The position numbers were made by a program, and so were the translations under genes. A DNA stretch of 64,000 nt from the NCBI GenBank assembly GCA_937944855.1, contig CALFAY010000008.1:4653-68652 (forward strand), read 5' to 3'. Source of the stretch: an uncultured Planctomycetota bacterium (lineage in GTDB: Bacteria; Planctomycetota; Planctomycetia; Gemmatales; HRBIN36). Below are positions 53,510 through 64,000 of the stretch, one piece after another; within the stretch, counting starts at the first letter, position 1; each line of letters opens with the position of its first letter. Below the pieces are notes generated by a model. That model made no database searches. It saw nothing but the letters and a program-made list of their open reading frames with translations, and was not told the origin of the DNA.

Positions 53510-56500
53510 ATGAAGACCGCGCTGCAACGGCATCGTTCTTTCGGCGTCAGGAATTACGTGCTGATCGGGATCGCCGTTATCGCCTCTTTGGCTGGAACCT
53601 GGGGTCTGCTGTCGGCTCAGCAGGCTTCGACGCCGCCGCAGATCCTGCACACGCTCAAAGGTCATGAGGAACTCGCCTACGCCGTGGCTTTCAGTCCCGA
53701 CGGCAAGCTGGTAGCTACGGGATCGTTCGACCGCACGCTGAAGCTTTGGGATCCCGTCACGGGAACCTTGGTCCGCACCCTCGGCGGACCGCAAGGGCAT
53801 CAAAACCTGGTCCTCACTCTGGCTTTCAGTCCCGATGGGAGCCTGCTGGCTTCGGGAAGCAGCGACAACACGATTAAGGTCTGGGACGTTCCTCGGGCTT
53901 CGCCCCTGTTGGAGCTTGTAGGAAGCCCTGCCGAGGTGCTTTGCCTGGCTTTGGCACCCGATGGAAGCCGACTGGCCACGGGCGGCAAGGACGGGGCCGT
54001 TCGCATCTGGAACACCGCCGACGGCAAACAAGTTTTTCAATGTGACGGGCACAGCGGAGCGGTCTTGCGCGTTGCCTTCAGTGCTAACGGAGCGATCTTG
54101 GCCAGCGTCGGAGCGGACGGCACCCTGCGGACCTGGAACCCGGCAGACGGCAAGCCGGTTGCCGTCGTCGGCGCTCACCCCGACGCGGCCTCGGCCCTGG
54201 CCATCAACCCGAACAACACCGTCGCTTACACCGGCGGACACGACAGCAATGTCAAAGTGTGGACGCTGCCTTCCGTTCCCAGTCGTGCTCTGGCCGCTCC
54301 CCACGGAGACGCGGTCACGACGGTCGCCCTGACGCCGGACGGAAACAAGATCATCAGCGGCAGCCTGGACAAGACCATCCGCGTGTCAAACTTTGCCGAT
54401 GGTGCTCAGGAACGAGTTCTCGAAGGGGCGACGGCGGGGGTCGTCGGTCTCTCCACCAATGGCACCCTGGTAGCTGCGGCCTTGGCAGACCGCAATCTGG
54501 CCGTCTGGAACCTCGCCGACGGTGCGCATCAGGGCGTCGTCTCGGCGGGTGCGTCACCCGTGAGCGGCGTCGCCGTGCATACGCAAGGCACGCAACTTGT
54601 TGTGGCCGAGGCCAGCGGTCTGTTGAAGCTGTGGTCGCTGCCGCTTAAACCTGCCAGGCCCCTGGCCCATCCGGAGGCGGTGTTGTCAGCGTCCTTGACG
54701 GCCGACGGCAATCGGCTCTACACCGGCGGCGCGGACAAGCTCATCCGCAGCTGGAACCTGCAAACCAATCAGGCTGACAAGACCTTGACCGGGCACACGG
54801 CTCCCGTCACCGCCGTGGCCGTCAGTCCGAATGCTGCTCTGTTGGCCTCGGCCGGAGCCGACGGTATCCGCTTCTGGAACCTGAGCAACGACCAACAAAA
54901 CGGGTTCATTGGCGGCCATGTCGGCACCATCACTTCGCTGCACTTCAACCATGGGAACAACCTGCTGCTCTCCACGGGAGAAGACGGCGCGGTGAAAGTG
55001 TGGAACCTGCCGCCCAATCCGACCTCCCCGTTGGCTCACCCAGCGGCTGTCACCTGCGGCGTTCTCAGTCCGGACGGATCCAGACTGCTGACCGGCTGCC
55101 AGGACAACCAAGCCCGCTTGTGGAATCTGGCAAACGGGCAGGTCGAACGAGCGTTCGCCGGTCCCGCCATGCCTGTCACCTGCGTCGCCGTCAGTCCCAA
55201 TGGCACCCAGGCGGCTGTCGGAAGCGCCGATAAGACCCTGCACGTCTTCAATCTCGGCGATGGGGCCGTTGCCGCCAAACTCGAAAACCTGCCGCACATC
55301 CCTAACTGCGTCGCTTTCAGCCCTGACAATACCCGACTGGCCGTCGGCTTCGCGGACAGTGTTATTCGCATTTATCTGATCGCCGGGCAGAAAGAAGAGA
55401 AGAGCTTGACTGGCCACGGAGGACCTGTCACGGGAATTGCCTACACGCCGGACGGGTCAAAGCTGGTCACGGCCAGTCACGATAAGAGTCTGCAACTTTG
55501 GAATGTGGCCGAGGGCAAAAGCATCGCCAAGTTCGACCATGCCGGTTCGCTTTACGCTCTGGCCCTGAGCAAGGACGGCAGCCGGGCGGCGGTTGGGGGA
55601 ACGGACAAGTCGGTAAAGGTGTGGAACTTGGCGGAAAACAAGGAGATTCTGACGATCTCCACGCCGGCGGAAGTTCGCGGTCTCAGTTTCAGTCCAGATG
55701 CCACGCGATTAGCTGTGGGAGGGTCCGATCATGTCCTGCGAACCTATTCCACCGACGGACGGCTGATGCAATACTACGTCCATGAGGGACCGATCACGGC
55801 CGTCGCCTACCATCCAGACGGCAAGCAGGTCGTCAGCAGCAGCGATGACAAGACGGCCCGATTGTGGCCGGGGTTGTTGGTCTGGCAAGCAGTCCTTGGC
55901 GGACCGGCACGGAAGGCCGTCTTCTCGCCGAACGGACAGCATGTCGTGTGCTGCGGCGATGACAAGAGCGTGAAGCTGCTCAATGTCGCCGACGGCAAGG
56001 AAATTCGCTCCTTCAGCGGGCATGAAGCGGCCGTCTTGAGCGTGGCCGTCAATGGCGATGGGAACCGCGTCGCTTCCACTGGGGCGGATAAGAAACTGCT
56101 CGTTTTCAATGTGGGTGACGGGCAGACGCTGGCAAACATCGCTCTGCCTGTTGCTCAAGCCGCCGTCGCAATCAGTCCGGACGGCTCGAAAGTCGCCGTC
56201 GGTTCCGGACCGGATGGGGACCATGTGATCCGCGTCTTCGACGTGGCGAGCAAACTCGAACTTCAGACCATTCCGGGCCACGCGGGACCCGTGACCGGGC
56301 TGCTGTTCCATTCCGACAATCGCACCCTGTTCTCCTGCTCGGTGGATAAGACCGCCCGGGTCAGCGACGTGGGGGTTCTTAAGACATTGGCCGGTCACAA
56401 CGGACCGATCACTTCCGTCGCCTTCCATCCCAACGGCACGCAGGCTATCAGCGGAAGCGCGGACAAGACCGTAAAACTATGGGACCTGGCAATGGGAAAG

Positions 56501-58099
56501 GAAGTGCGAACTTACCCTGCCAACGAGGCTGTAACGTCCGTGGCCTTCAGCCGCGAAGGCACGCCAACGCGCCTTGCCGCTAGTTGCGCGGATAAGTCCA
56601 TCCGCATCTGGCAAGTCGCTGACGGACAACAGGTCGCCGTGGTAAATCTGCCTGCCGTTCCCCGATCCGTGGCGTTTTCCGCCGACAACGCCAGGCTCGC
56701 CACAGGCTCCGAAGACAATCGCATACGCGTCTGGGACATCGCCAGCGGCAAAGAATTGCAATGGTTCGGACACGGCGGCCCAGTGACGACTGTGGCATTT
56801 CATCCAAACAACACCGTGGTCGTCAGCGGCAGCGGCGATAAGACGGTCGGCATTCATACGGTCACGGCCCAGCGTGTCGTGCCGTCGCTGGGGAATCAGG
56901 TGTATGGCCTCTCTTTGACTGCTAATGCCAGCCACTTGCTGGCCGCCTGCGCCGACAAGACCGTGAAGTTGTTCAATCTCTCGAACTTTGTCATGGAACG
57001 CACTTTCACCGGCCACGGCGGAGCGGTCCTCGGTGTCGCTGTTTCGCCCAACGGAGCGATGGTGGCCACGGCTGGCGAAGACAAGTTCGTTCGCATCTTT
57101 CACTTCGCCGAGGGGCGGGAACTCAAGGCGATTGAGACTCCCGCTCCGGTTCGCAGCGTCTTTTTCAGTCCGAACAACAACGCCCTGGCCGCGTCCTGCG
57201 ACGACGGTTCCGTGCAGGTGCTTCATGTCGAGCAGCCGGCGAACATGCCTCAGCCGCCCGATTTCGGAAAGGTATTGCAAGTCTTCAAACACTCTGGACC
57301 GGCTTACGATGTCCGCTTTCACAGCGACACTGCGACCTTGTATTCGGCCTCAGCCGACAAGTCTGCCAGGGCGTGGAAACTGGCCGGTACCGTACCCGCA
57401 AAGAATCTGGCAGGTCACGGCGGCATGGTGGACGCAGTTGCGTTCAGCCCCAACGGTCAGGAACTCGCCTCGGCGGGACACGACGGAACGCTCCGCATCT
57501 GGAACGTTGCCAGCGGGGCTCTCGTCCGCACCATCAATGCCTTCAACCAGCCCAGCGTGACGCCGATCTACTGCGTGGCCTGGAGTCCGAACGGCCAGGT
57601 AATCGCTTGTGGGGGCCTGGCTCACAGCGTCAAGCTGTTTAACGCCGCGGATGGGAATCTCATCCGGGAACTACGCGGTTTCCACGACAAGGAGTTTCCC
57701 AAGGGGCACAAAGACGGCGTCTTCTGCATCGCTTTCACCAAGGACGGACAGTTTCTGCTTTCGGGATCGAGCGACGGTCAGATCAAAGTGTGGAACGTCA
57801 ACGATGGAACGGTTGTGCGGCAGTTCCTCGATCCGGAACTTGCTCCGCCGCCCGGGCAAGGAGAAGCCGAGCGTGCCCACCGGGACTGGGTCTATCATCT
57901 GGCCCTCTCCGCGGACGGAAGCAAACTAGCGTCAGTGGGCAACGGTGGCTGGCTTAAGCTCTGGAACATGGCCGACGGCAAACTTCTGGTCAGCCAGAAA
58001 CTGCCGACCGGCATCTACTCGGTGGCCTTCGCACCCGACGGCAGTCTGCTGGCCACGGCCAACAAGGACGGCACCGCCTTCGTGCTCAAGGTGCCTTAA
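53510..58099 (+). CDS. Giant exported WD40 protein, 35 repeats
   Basis: 1,529 aa from ATG 53510 (GGGAGA upstream). Signal-anchor [23 protein letters not shown] counted 35 consecutive units of about 42 aa, each ending in h-[KR]-h-W-[ND]-like motifs (LKLWD, IKVWD, VRIWN ... LKLWN). Confidence 0.85.
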   Translation: MKTALQRHRSFGVRNYVLIGIAVIASLAGTWGLLSAQQASTPPQILHTLKGHEELAYAVAFSPDGKLVATGSFDRTLKLWDPVTGTLVRTLGGPQGHQNLVLTLAFSPDGSLLASGSSDNTIKVWDVPRASPLLELVGSPAEVLCLALAPDGSRLATGGKDGAVRIWNTADGKQVFQCDGHSGAVLRVAFSANGAILASVGADGTLRTWNPADGKPVAVVGAHPDAASALAINPNNTVAYTGGHDSNVKVWTLPSVPSRALAAPHGDAVTTVALTPDGNKIISGSLDKTIRVSNFADGAQERVLEGATAGVVGLSTNGTLVAAALADRNLAVWNLADGAHQGVVSAGASPVSGVAVHTQGTQLVVAEASGLLKLWSLPLKPARPLAHPEAVLSASLTADGNRLYTGGADKLIRSWNLQTNQADKTLTGHTAPVTAVAVSPNAALLASAGADGIRFWNLSNDQQNGFIGGHVGTITSLHFNHGNNLLLSTGEDGAVKVWNLPPNPTSPLAHPAAVTCGVLSPDGSRLLTGCQDNQARLWNLANGQVERAFAGPAMPVTCVAVSPNGTQAAVGSADKTLHVFNLGDGAVAAKLENLPHIPNCVAFSPDNTRLAVGFADSVIRIYLIAGQKEEKSLTGHGGPVTGIAYTPDGSKLVTASHDKSLQLWNVAEGKSIAKFDHAGSLYALALSKDGSRAAVGGTDKSVKVWNLAENKEILTISTPAEVRGLSFSPDATRLAVGGSDHVLRTYSTDGRLMQYYVHEGPITAVAYHPDGKQVVSSSDDKTARLWPGLLVWQAVLGGPARKAVFSPNGQHVVCCGDDKSVKLLNVADGKEIRSFSGHEAAVLSVAVNGDGNRVASTGADKKLLVFNVGDGQTLANIALPVAQAAVAISPDGSKVAVGSGPDGDHVIRVFDVASKLELQTIPGHAGPVTGLLFHSDNRTLFSCSVDKTARVSDVGVLKTLAGHNGPITSVAFHPNGTQAISGSADKTVKLWDLAMGKEVRTYPANEAVTSVAFSREGTPTRLAASCADKSIRIWQVADGQQVAVVNLPAVPRSVAFSADNARLATGSEDNRIRVWDIASGKELQWFGHGGPVTTVAFHPNNTVVVSGSGDKTVGIHTVTAQRVVPSLGNQVYGLSLTANASHLLAACADKTVKLFNLSNFVMERTFTGHGGAVLGVAVSPNGAMVATAGEDKFVRIFHFAEGRELKAIETPAPVRSVFFSPNNNALAASCDDGSVQVLHVEQPANMPQPPDFGKVLQVFKHSGPAYDVRFHSDTATLYSASADKSARAWKLAGTVPAKNLAGHGGMVDAVAFSPNGQELASAGHDGTLRIWNVASGALVRTINAFNQPSVTPIYCVAWSPNGQVIACGGLAHSVKLFNAADGNLIRELRGFHDKEFPKGHKDGVFCIAFTKDGQFLLSGSSDGQIKVWNVNDGTVVRQFLDPELAPPPGQGEAERAHRDWVYHLALSADGSKLASVGNGGWLKLWNMADGKLLVSQKLPTGIYSVAFAPDGSLLATANKDGTAFVLKVP

Positions 58100-59030
58100 C
58101 TCGGACCAGGCCGCGGAAATATTCCAGGGTCCGCCGCAGTCCCTCAGTCCGGTCGATCTTCGGGGACCAGTTCAGAAGCTGCTGAGCGCGGGTGATGTCA
58201 GGACGACGGATGCGGGGATCGTCCTCCGGCAACGGCTTGAAGACGATGCCGCTGGAACTGCCGGACAAGTGCAAGATCTCTTCCGCGAACTGACGGATCG
58301 TGACCTCGTTGGGATTGCCGAGATTGACCGGCTCGTGGAAATCGGTCACAGCCAGGCGGACGAGTCCTTCGATCAGATCGTCGATGTAGCAGAAGCTGCG
58401 TGTCTGCGAGCCGTCGCCGTAGATGGTCAGGGGTTCGTTGCGAAGGGCCTGACCCATGAAGTTCGGCAAGGCCCGGCCGTCGTCGAGGCGCATACGCGGA
58501 CCGTAGGTGTTGAAGATCCGGGCAATGTGCGTGTTGACGCCGTGGGTACGGTGATAGGCCATCGTCATCGCCTCGGCGAACCGTTTCGCTTCGTCGTACA
58601 CGCCCCGCAGGCCGATCGGATTGACACGGCCCCAGTAGGTTTCCCGCTGGGGATGCTCCTCAGGATCGCCGTACACCTCGCTGGTGCTGGCCAGAAGGTA
58701 CGATGCGTTCTTGGCCTTGGCCAGACCGAGGGTGTTGTGCGTGCCCAGCGAGCCGACTTTCAACGTCTGGATCGGATATTTGAGATAGTCCACAGGACTG
58801 GCCGGCGAAGCAAAATGCAGGACCATGTCCACCGGCCCGTCAATATGCAGAGGATGCGACACATCGTGCTGCACGAAGCGGAAACGAGGATGGCTGACGA
58901 ACGGTTCGATATTCTCCCGGCGTCCGGTGATCAGATTGTCCACGCAGACGACTTCGTGGCCGTCGTTGAGATAGCGTTCGCACAGATGAGAGCCGATGAA
59001 CCCGGCTCCTCCAGTGATGACGATGCGCAC
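58086..59030 (-). CDS. UDP-glucuronate decarboxylase (UDP-xylose synthase), SDR family
   Basis: 314 aa. [20 protein letters not shown] (Rossmann fold), [15 protein letters not shown] (YxxxK), [26 protein letters not shown]. Its 3' end overlaps the WD40 gene by 14 nt (convergent). Confidence 0.9.
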   Translation of the reverse strand: MRIVITGGAGFIGSHLCERYLNDGHEVVCVDNLITGRRENIEPFVSHPRFRFVQHDVSHPLHIDGPVDMVLHFASPASPVDYLKYPIQTLKVGSLGTHNTLGLAKAKNASYLLASTSEVYGDPEEHPQRETYWGRVNPIGLRGVYDEAKRFAEAMTMAYHRTHGVNTHIARIFNTYGPRMRLDDGRALPNFMGQALRNEPLTIYGDGSQTRSFCYIDDLIEGLVRLAVTDFHEPVNLGNPNEVTIRQFAEEILHLSGSSSGIVFKPLPEDDPRIRRPDITRAQQLLNWSPKIDRTEGLRRTLEYFRGLVRVKAP

Positions 59031-59136
59031 GGTGGTCGGACCTCGTGCCCGTCGGATACCCAGCAGTCATTTGTGGGGAGCATACGGCATAGGCCAGCGG
59101 AGCGGCAAGTCCGGCTCTCGGCCTGACAAGGCATTG

Positions 59137-61218
59137 TCACTGGGGCACCGGCGTGACGCCAGTCCGGATTTCGGGTTGCTGTCCCCCCTGTTGCGGCTCG
59201 GCCTCGGGTTTGGTCAGCTTGGGGCGTTGCATCCGCTTGGATTCCAGGACCTGCTCGTCCAGATACAGGTCGAGTGGACCGGGTTGAGCCAGCAGCGTGA
59301 TTTCCAGTGCGGACAAGCGCAGAGGCACTTGCGGATTGGGCAGGCAGCCGACCGCACCGATCAGCGAAGCCCCGGCCCCCGCCTGGTGGGTCCAGAATTG
59401 GCACAGGTGCCATAGATCGCAGCCTGCCCGCAGCCAGTGCGGAGCGTCGCAGCGGGCGCGAAGGGCAATGTACTCCTCGTGATGGGGTGCGATTTCCTCA
59501 TGCGTCTGTTTGATCTGGCCGAATGGAGTCAACTCGAAGAACGGCCGGGACTGGAAGACAGCTCCGGCATTGAAGCTGAACGGAGCCAGACCAAGAAGTG
59601 CTTCGGCCCGCCCCTTGTCCGTGACGAGCAACCGCCTCCATCCGTCCAGAGCCGTTTCATACTCGTCCCGGGCAAGCCAAAGGTCGGACTTATAGCGATT
59701 TTTGGCGTTGAAAAGGTGACGCCACACTTCAATGCCGTCGGACCTGCTATAAGTCTCCGAGGTCACCTTCCAATAACGGTAGTTGCCGAACTCCTGCCGA
59801 CCCATGACGCCCTGGAGACGGCGATACGCGGCCATGTCCTTGAGGATTTCTTCATCCTTGGCGGCCCAGGTCGGCAGATCTTCCCGTCCCGAGGCCACCA
59901 TCGGGAACTGTCCGCCAAACCGCGTGGCTCGGATGCGCAGTTCCGCCTCTTCTTGCGGATCGAGATCCAATTGGTTCTCTCTGCCGAATTCCCGCCACAT
60001 TTCGTGGGCTTCCGTCCAGGCCCTCCGCGACTCCTCGATCCAGCCCTCCTGGGCGAGGCGCTCCGCCATTTTGCTCTTGGAGCGGGCCGGATTGCTGCGG
60101 AAGATCAGCGATACCATTCGCTGCGGCCGCCGATACAGCCGCCTGCGATCCGGGTCGAGCTTTTCCAGGTCCACGTTGGGCGGCGGAAGCGGCGCACAGG
60201 AATACTCAAACCACAAGCGAGAAATCTCGTAGGAATCCTGGTCCTCCGGCCGTTCTGGCGCGAGATTGTCGAGGGCCTGACGCAACCGCGGCGGAATCAC
60301 CTCCAGCGGATCGGGCTGCGGCCAGACCGGGAACTTGTCCAGACTGCCGGTGACGACCCGCCCCAAAATTCCGCTTTGTTGGCCGATCAGTTGCTCCGGA
60401 TAGAGTGAAGGGAAGCCGGGACGGAACAACGGCGTGAGGAAGTCTTGCAGTTCCTTGTCCAGCGCCGCTTCCGCTTCCTCCGGCAGATGTTTCAAGTCCC
60501 GGATCCGTTCGACGAGGTGCGGATAGTCCCGTTTGAAATCCTTGAGCCGCTGCGGATCGCGGCGGAACTCATAGGGATCCCAGTCCTTGGGCGGCGTGCA
60601 GCTCAGGGGAAGATAGCAACGGTAGGTCTTGACTTCATCCGCCACCGACATCTTGTTCTGCAAGTAGAAGCCGATGCTCCAGCGCAGGCCGGGATCGCCG
60701 ACGATCCGCTTTCCGCTGGGGCTGTCCGGGTCGTACAGCGACGCCCGGTTGATCTCCTCGCCGCGAGCGATCCAGCGAATGCCCTCGGAGATGTAGAAAT
60801 ACTTGTCCTGAGTGCGGTCGAACTCGACGGAGACGTTGTAGGCCAGGTTCCAGCCCTGGTATTCCCAAGTGCTGCGGAAGTGGGGCTGGAGCTTGGTCAG
60901 CGACTTGATGATGATCTCCATCTGGTCCCATTCGTGGCGGGCTTGCAGTTCAATCGCCTCCCACCACAACGAACAGATCAGGGGACCGCGGATGCTGGCG
61001 AGCAGAAAACGGGCCACGGAACCGCCCAGGTCAGTCTTGCCGATGTTGGTCTCCGAGATGCCGTGCCGCTCCGCCGCCTGTTCCACCACGCCCATTTGTC
61101 GATATACGACCAGCCCGGTGAACAGGAGGATGATCGCTCCGCCGTAGATCAGCTTGCGATAGCGTGCCTGTTCCAGCGGTGTCGCCATCTTCTCCACCTC
61201 CAGGCGGCTCGGCTTCAT
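59137..61218 (-). CDS. Membrane-anchored hypothetical protein, third gene of an ABC module
   Basis: 693 aa. One N-terminal TM (LIYGGAIILLFTGLVVY), then a large Trp/Arg/Glu-rich, apparently helical domain. No motif recognised. The start lies 42 nt after the permease stop; an alternative start is 61188. Confidence 0.7.
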   Translation of the reverse strand: MKPSRLEVEKMATPLEQARYRKLIYGGAIILLFTGLVVYRQMGVVEQAAERHGISETNIGKTDLGGSVARFLLASIRGPLICSLWWEAIELQARHEWDQMEIIIKSLTKLQPHFRSTWEYQGWNLAYNVSVEFDRTQDKYFYISEGIRWIARGEEINRASLYDPDSPSGKRIVGDPGLRWSIGFYLQNKMSVADEVKTYRCYLPLSCTPPKDWDPYEFRRDPQRLKDFKRDYPHLVERIRDLKHLPEEAEAALDKELQDFLTPLFRPGFPSLYPEQLIGQQSGILGRVVTGSLDKFPVWPQPDPLEVIPPRLRQALDNLAPERPEDQDSYEISRLWFEYSCAPLPPPNVDLEKLDPDRRRLYRRPQRMVSLIFRSNPARSKSKMAERLAQEGWIEESRRAWTEAHEMWREFGRENQLDLDPQEEAELRIRATRFGGQFPMVASGREDLPTWAAKDEEILKDMAAYRRLQGVMGRQEFGNYRYWKVTSETYSRSDGIEVWRHLFNAKNRYKSDLWLARDEYETALDGWRRLLVTDKGRAEALLGLAPFSFNAGAVFQSRPFFELTPFGQIKQTHEEIAPHHEEYIALRARCDAPHWLRAGCDLWHLCQFWTHQAGAGASLIGAVGCLPNPQVPLRLSALEITLLAQPGPLDLYLDEQVLESKRMQRPKLTKPEAEPQQGGQQPEIRTGVTPVPQ

Positions 61219-61260
61219 CAGCCGCGCCCATTCATTTCGACTGCTTGTTCGTCAGCCTCC

Positions 61261-63159
61261 TCAGTTGGCCACCTCGCGGGCATTGAGCAGATAGTAGGCC
61301 GCCAGCAGGAACGGAAACAGATAGGCCACCAAGATCAAGAAACTCATGGCCAATTCCGTCCCGGGAATGTTGAAACCCTCCGCGACGTAATCGGTGCGGG
61401 TGTAGTGCCCCAGATCGGGCAGGATCGCCAACAACCCGTTGAACAGGACGCGGAAAACGTCATCCATCCATTGAAGCACCCGGATGCCTCGCGTCTGCTC
61501 GATCGGGGCGGTCAAGCTCTTGTTCTGCAATAGCCGCACCACCGACTCCATCGGCCCGCCGCCCGGGTTTTCGTCAGGGTCGAACGCCGAACCGACCAGC
61601 TTGATGAATCCCCGCAGCTTGGGAATGCCGCACAGCAGCATGAACCACGACAGCATCAGGCTGACCAGGGCGTTCAAATAGGTGCTAAAGACCACGCCCA
61701 GCGTGATCATGAGCACCATGACGAACCAGATGCACAACGTGCCCTTCATGAAGTTCAGGTAGAAACTGCCTTCTTCGGCCAGAATGTACAGGTCCGCCTT
61801 GGCCATGCCGAGGTACTGCGACGTGCTGCGGCAGGCGACGCGGATCTCGAACGGCTCGTTGCCCAGGTCTTCCAGCAGGCTCGAGGGAAACCAGACCGTG
61901 TAGGTCTGATAGTCCACCACCGTCAGCGGCGACTTCAGTTCGTAATAGCCGAACTGGCGGGCCAGTTTGTGCGGGTCGTCGCTGGCTTCTGTTTTGGATT
62001 CCAGGAGCTTGCGGTAGTCGGCATAGCGGCCGAAGTCCCACTTGTTCGGGTTGACAAAGGCCAGTTGCGTGCTGACGCCCTCCTTGTAATCCTCTCCACC
62101 CTTGGAGGTGCGGAAGATGTCGAAGGTGAATTCGACCGGGATCATCCGCTCCGAGCGGGACAGTCTTGCAGGCAGTCGGTTAAACCGCCAGACGGCTTCC
62201 TGGGCGGAACCGCCGCGGATATAGCTTCGATAAGTCCATTCCCGACCCACGCTGACGCCGGTGGCCGTCGGCCGCCATTTCATCTGCGAATCCAGTTCTT
62301 CGAAGTGCAGCGAGCCGAAGATCGGCACCCTGGCCCGCATGCTCTGTTCCTTGGCTGACTCGTCGATGCCGCGGAACACATACAGCAGACTCAGTTGCGA
62401 CATGACCAGAAGCACGGCGGTCATGAGCAGGGTGAAGCCGACGATCCGGCCCAGGACCAGCTCGAAGCGGCGTACCGGCTTGGTGATGATGGTGTGGATC
62501 GTCTGTTGTTTGATGTCGTTGGGCAGGCTGAAGCAGGCGATGATGCTGGACGTGATCAGCAGCAGCAAGGTCATCACCAAGAACACCAGCTGGACATAGA
62601 TCCGCCACTGGTGCTCGGGCCGATCCGTCTGGATGAACCAGCTGGCAAACAGGAACACGGCCAGGATGACGACGAAGCCCCACAGCGACTTCCGGCGGAT
62701 TGCTTCGGTCATGCTGACCCGGGCGATGGCCCAGACCCGCCGGGGACTGAGCGTGGCCAGATCCAGAAGGAATTCCCAGGAAACCGCGAGAACCGCCAGC
62801 AGTCCTGCCGCTCCGGCAGCCAGCAGCGCCAGGTTCTCCCGCGACTGTCGAATGTCGGGAGCATCTGTACGAAGCGACCAGAAATACAGCCCCAACGCCA
62901 CGGCCACGGCCAGAGGGATGAAAGCCACGAACAGCCGGTACAGTCGCAGCTTCCAGGCGTCCTGCTCACCGACTTCCGAGAGCCGGCCTGTCAGTCCCCG
63001 CCTCAGGGAACTCCCTCGTCCCGTGGCCAGGCGATAAATCTCGACGACCACCAGGACCAGCACCGCCATCGTCCCCGTCACGATCAGCCAGTGCAGGAGA
63101 TACGGGCCGAAATCGCTGAGCGTCGCGTTTTCCGATTCCTTAATCAGAACCGCGAACAT
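61261..63159 (-). CDS. Oversized ABC-2-like permease with a ~200-aa extracytoplasmic insert
   Basis: 632 aa. Multiple TMs at both ends, with a hydrophilic loop between them (RGIDESAKEQ...ILAEEGSF). It lies directly downstream of an ABC ATPase gene. Confidence 0.75.
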   Translation of the reverse strand: MFAVLIKESENATLSDFGPYLLHWLIVTGTMAVLVLVVVEIYRLATGRGSSLRRGLTGRLSEVGEQDAWKLRLYRLFVAFIPLAVAVALGLYFWSLRTDAPDIRQSRENLALLAAGAAGLLAVLAVSWEFLLDLATLSPRRVWAIARVSMTEAIRRKSLWGFVVILAVFLFASWFIQTDRPEHQWRIYVQLVFLVMTLLLLITSSIIACFSLPNDIKQQTIHTIITKPVRRFELVLGRIVGFTLLMTAVLLVMSQLSLLYVFRGIDESAKEQSMRARVPIFGSLHFEELDSQMKWRPTATGVSVGREWTYRSYIRGGSAQEAVWRFNRLPARLSRSERMIPVEFTFDIFRTSKGGEDYKEGVSTQLAFVNPNKWDFGRYADYRKLLESKTEASDDPHKLARQFGYYELKSPLTVVDYQTYTVWFPSSLLEDLGNEPFEIRVACRSTSQYLGMAKADLYILAEEGSFYLNFMKGTLCIWFVMVLMITLGVVFSTYLNALVSLMLSWFMLLCGIPKLRGFIKLVGSAFDPDENPGGGPMESVVRLLQNKSLTAPIEQTRGIRVLQWMDDVFRVLFNGLLAILPDLGHYTRTDYVAEGFNIPGTELAMSFLILVAYLFPFLLAAYYLLNAREVAN

Positions 63160-63242
63160 GGTCGGAGTTCACCCTCGCGCCAATGGATGCCAATGCAGCA
63201 ATCGCACTCGGTACGCCGGGCAGAAACGGCGATCCATCCACA

Positions 63243-64000
63243 TCAAGCTCCAGACTTGCCGCCCGCGACCACCGGCGGTTCCCGCTGCGGCAGGTAGCGA
63301 CGGCCCGGACGGGCCTTGCTCTCTTCGACGATGCGCAAAAACAACTCTTCGAGCGTGGTCGTCGGATGGTCCACTTCCACCAGTTCGCCGCCGTGCTTGC
63401 GAACCACGCTTTCCAGGTCCCGGCGCAGCTCGTCCGTCATGCGCAGTCCCTTGGCCCGCATCTGGACTTGTTCCTGGATCTCCAGGAGCTTGTCCACCTC
63501 GCCCAATTCCTGAAGGTCGCCTTCGTACAGGATAGCGATGCGGTCGCACACGTCCTGCACGTCGTCGAGCCGGTGGCTGCACATGAGTACCGTCTTGCCC
63601 CGATCCTTCAGCTCCAGGATCAGGTTCTTCATCCAGCGGGTGCCGATGGGATCGAGGCCGGACGTGGGTTCATCGAGAATGATCAGCTCCGGATCATTGA
63701 TGAGGGCCTGAGCCAGACCGATACGCTGCCTCATGCCCTTGGAATACTCTTTGAGTTGCCGCTTCTTGTCCCGTGCCAGGCCGACTTTCTCGATCAATTC
63801 CTGGGCTCGTTGCCGCCGCACGTCGGCGGGCATATTGAACAACCGGCCATAAAAGTCCAGCGTCTCTTCCGCTGTCAGGAAGCGGTACAGGTACGATTCT
63901 TCGGGCAGATAGCCGATCCGTTCGTTCTTGCTGACGTCCGTACCGGGTTTGCCGAAAACCCACGCTTCGCCTTCGCTGGGGAAGAGCAGCCCGAGCAGGA
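63243..64000 (-). CDS. ABC transporter ATP-binding protein; N-terminus lies beyond the right window edge
   Basis: Hand translation shows the frame stays open upstream of the track start (63842) to the window edge (..[59 protein letters not shown]..). Signature YSKGMRQR, Walker [14 protein letters not shown]-loop CSHRLDD. A ~90-aa C-terminal extension is present. Confidence 0.88.
   Translation of the reverse strand, partial: LLGLLFPSEGEAWVFGKPGTDVSKNERIGYLPEESYLYRFLTAEETLDFYGRLFNMPADVRRQRAQELIEKVGLARDKKRQLKEYSKGMRQRIGLAQALINDPELIILDEPTSGLDPIGTRWMKNLILELKDRGKTVLMCSHRLDDVQDVCDRIAILYEGDLQELGEVDKLLEIQEQVQMRAKGLRMTDELRRDLESVVRKHGGELVEVDHPTTTLEELFLRIVEESKARPGRRYLPQREPPVVAGGKSGA

Noticed and set aside
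53372-57322. Reverse ORFs within the giant WD40 gene (53372..54304, 54686..55417, 55709..56428, 56477..57322)
   Set aside because: They are fragmented, in differing frames, and antisense to an uninterrupted 35-repeat WD40 reading frame.
53510-58099. Periodic ~126-nt structure considered as a DNA tandem repeat or CRISPR-like array
   Set aside because: The periodicity exists at protein-motif level only (WD40 units). The nucleotide copies are diverged, there are no conserved direct repeats with unique spacers, and the frame is continuously open.
60445-63297. Forward ORFs 60445..61533 (362 aa) and 62395..63297 (300 aa)
   Set aside because: They are antisense to the permease and the 693-aa gene. 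Their composition is dominated by Q, R, D, G, H and P. They have no start-site support.

Overview
By eye this is GC-rich, densely packed chromosomal DNA. The gene content points to a Planctomycetota (PVC) genome: a DUF1549/DUF1553 + DUF1501 pair, a BBP7-type beta-barrel, a PVC-type heme-binding dehydrogenase/HEAT/cytochrome c protein, a PSCyt-type cytochrome c fused to WD40, and many WD40 and PQQ propellers. I can support 47 protein-coding genes. Two of them run off the window edges, and one of those is missing from the ORF track. There is also one tRNA-Gln(CUG), two convincing intrinsic terminators, and a few sigma70-like promoters and palindromes. I saw no rRNA, CRISPR array, transposase, integrase or other mobile element. 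Recognisable housekeeping genes are glgC, tsaD, an S41 C-terminal protease, ettA, acs, a long-chain acyl-CoA ligase, kdsD and a UDP-glucuronate decarboxylase. Four things look most unusual. (1) kdsD is followed directly by a roughly 1,100-aa membrane-anchored multi-module protein that I read as a possible giant fused LptC/LptA-type envelope bridge. (2) An orphan partner-switching module (a STAS protein one nucleotide from an acyl-CoA ligase gene, plus a divergent CBS-PP2C phosphatase) sits between two AMP-forming acyl-CoA synthetase genes. (3) A LarA-like (DUF2088-type) gene is coupled to an exported carbon-nitrogen hydrolase, with a second LarA-like paralog about 10 kb away. (4) Two ABC ATPase + oversized-permease modules each carry an uncharacterised third gene. 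All domain calls come from motifs read by eye in the supplied translations. No database search was possible, so functional names are family-level hypotheses. Many long ORFs in the track are antisense artefacts of high GC content and were rejected.
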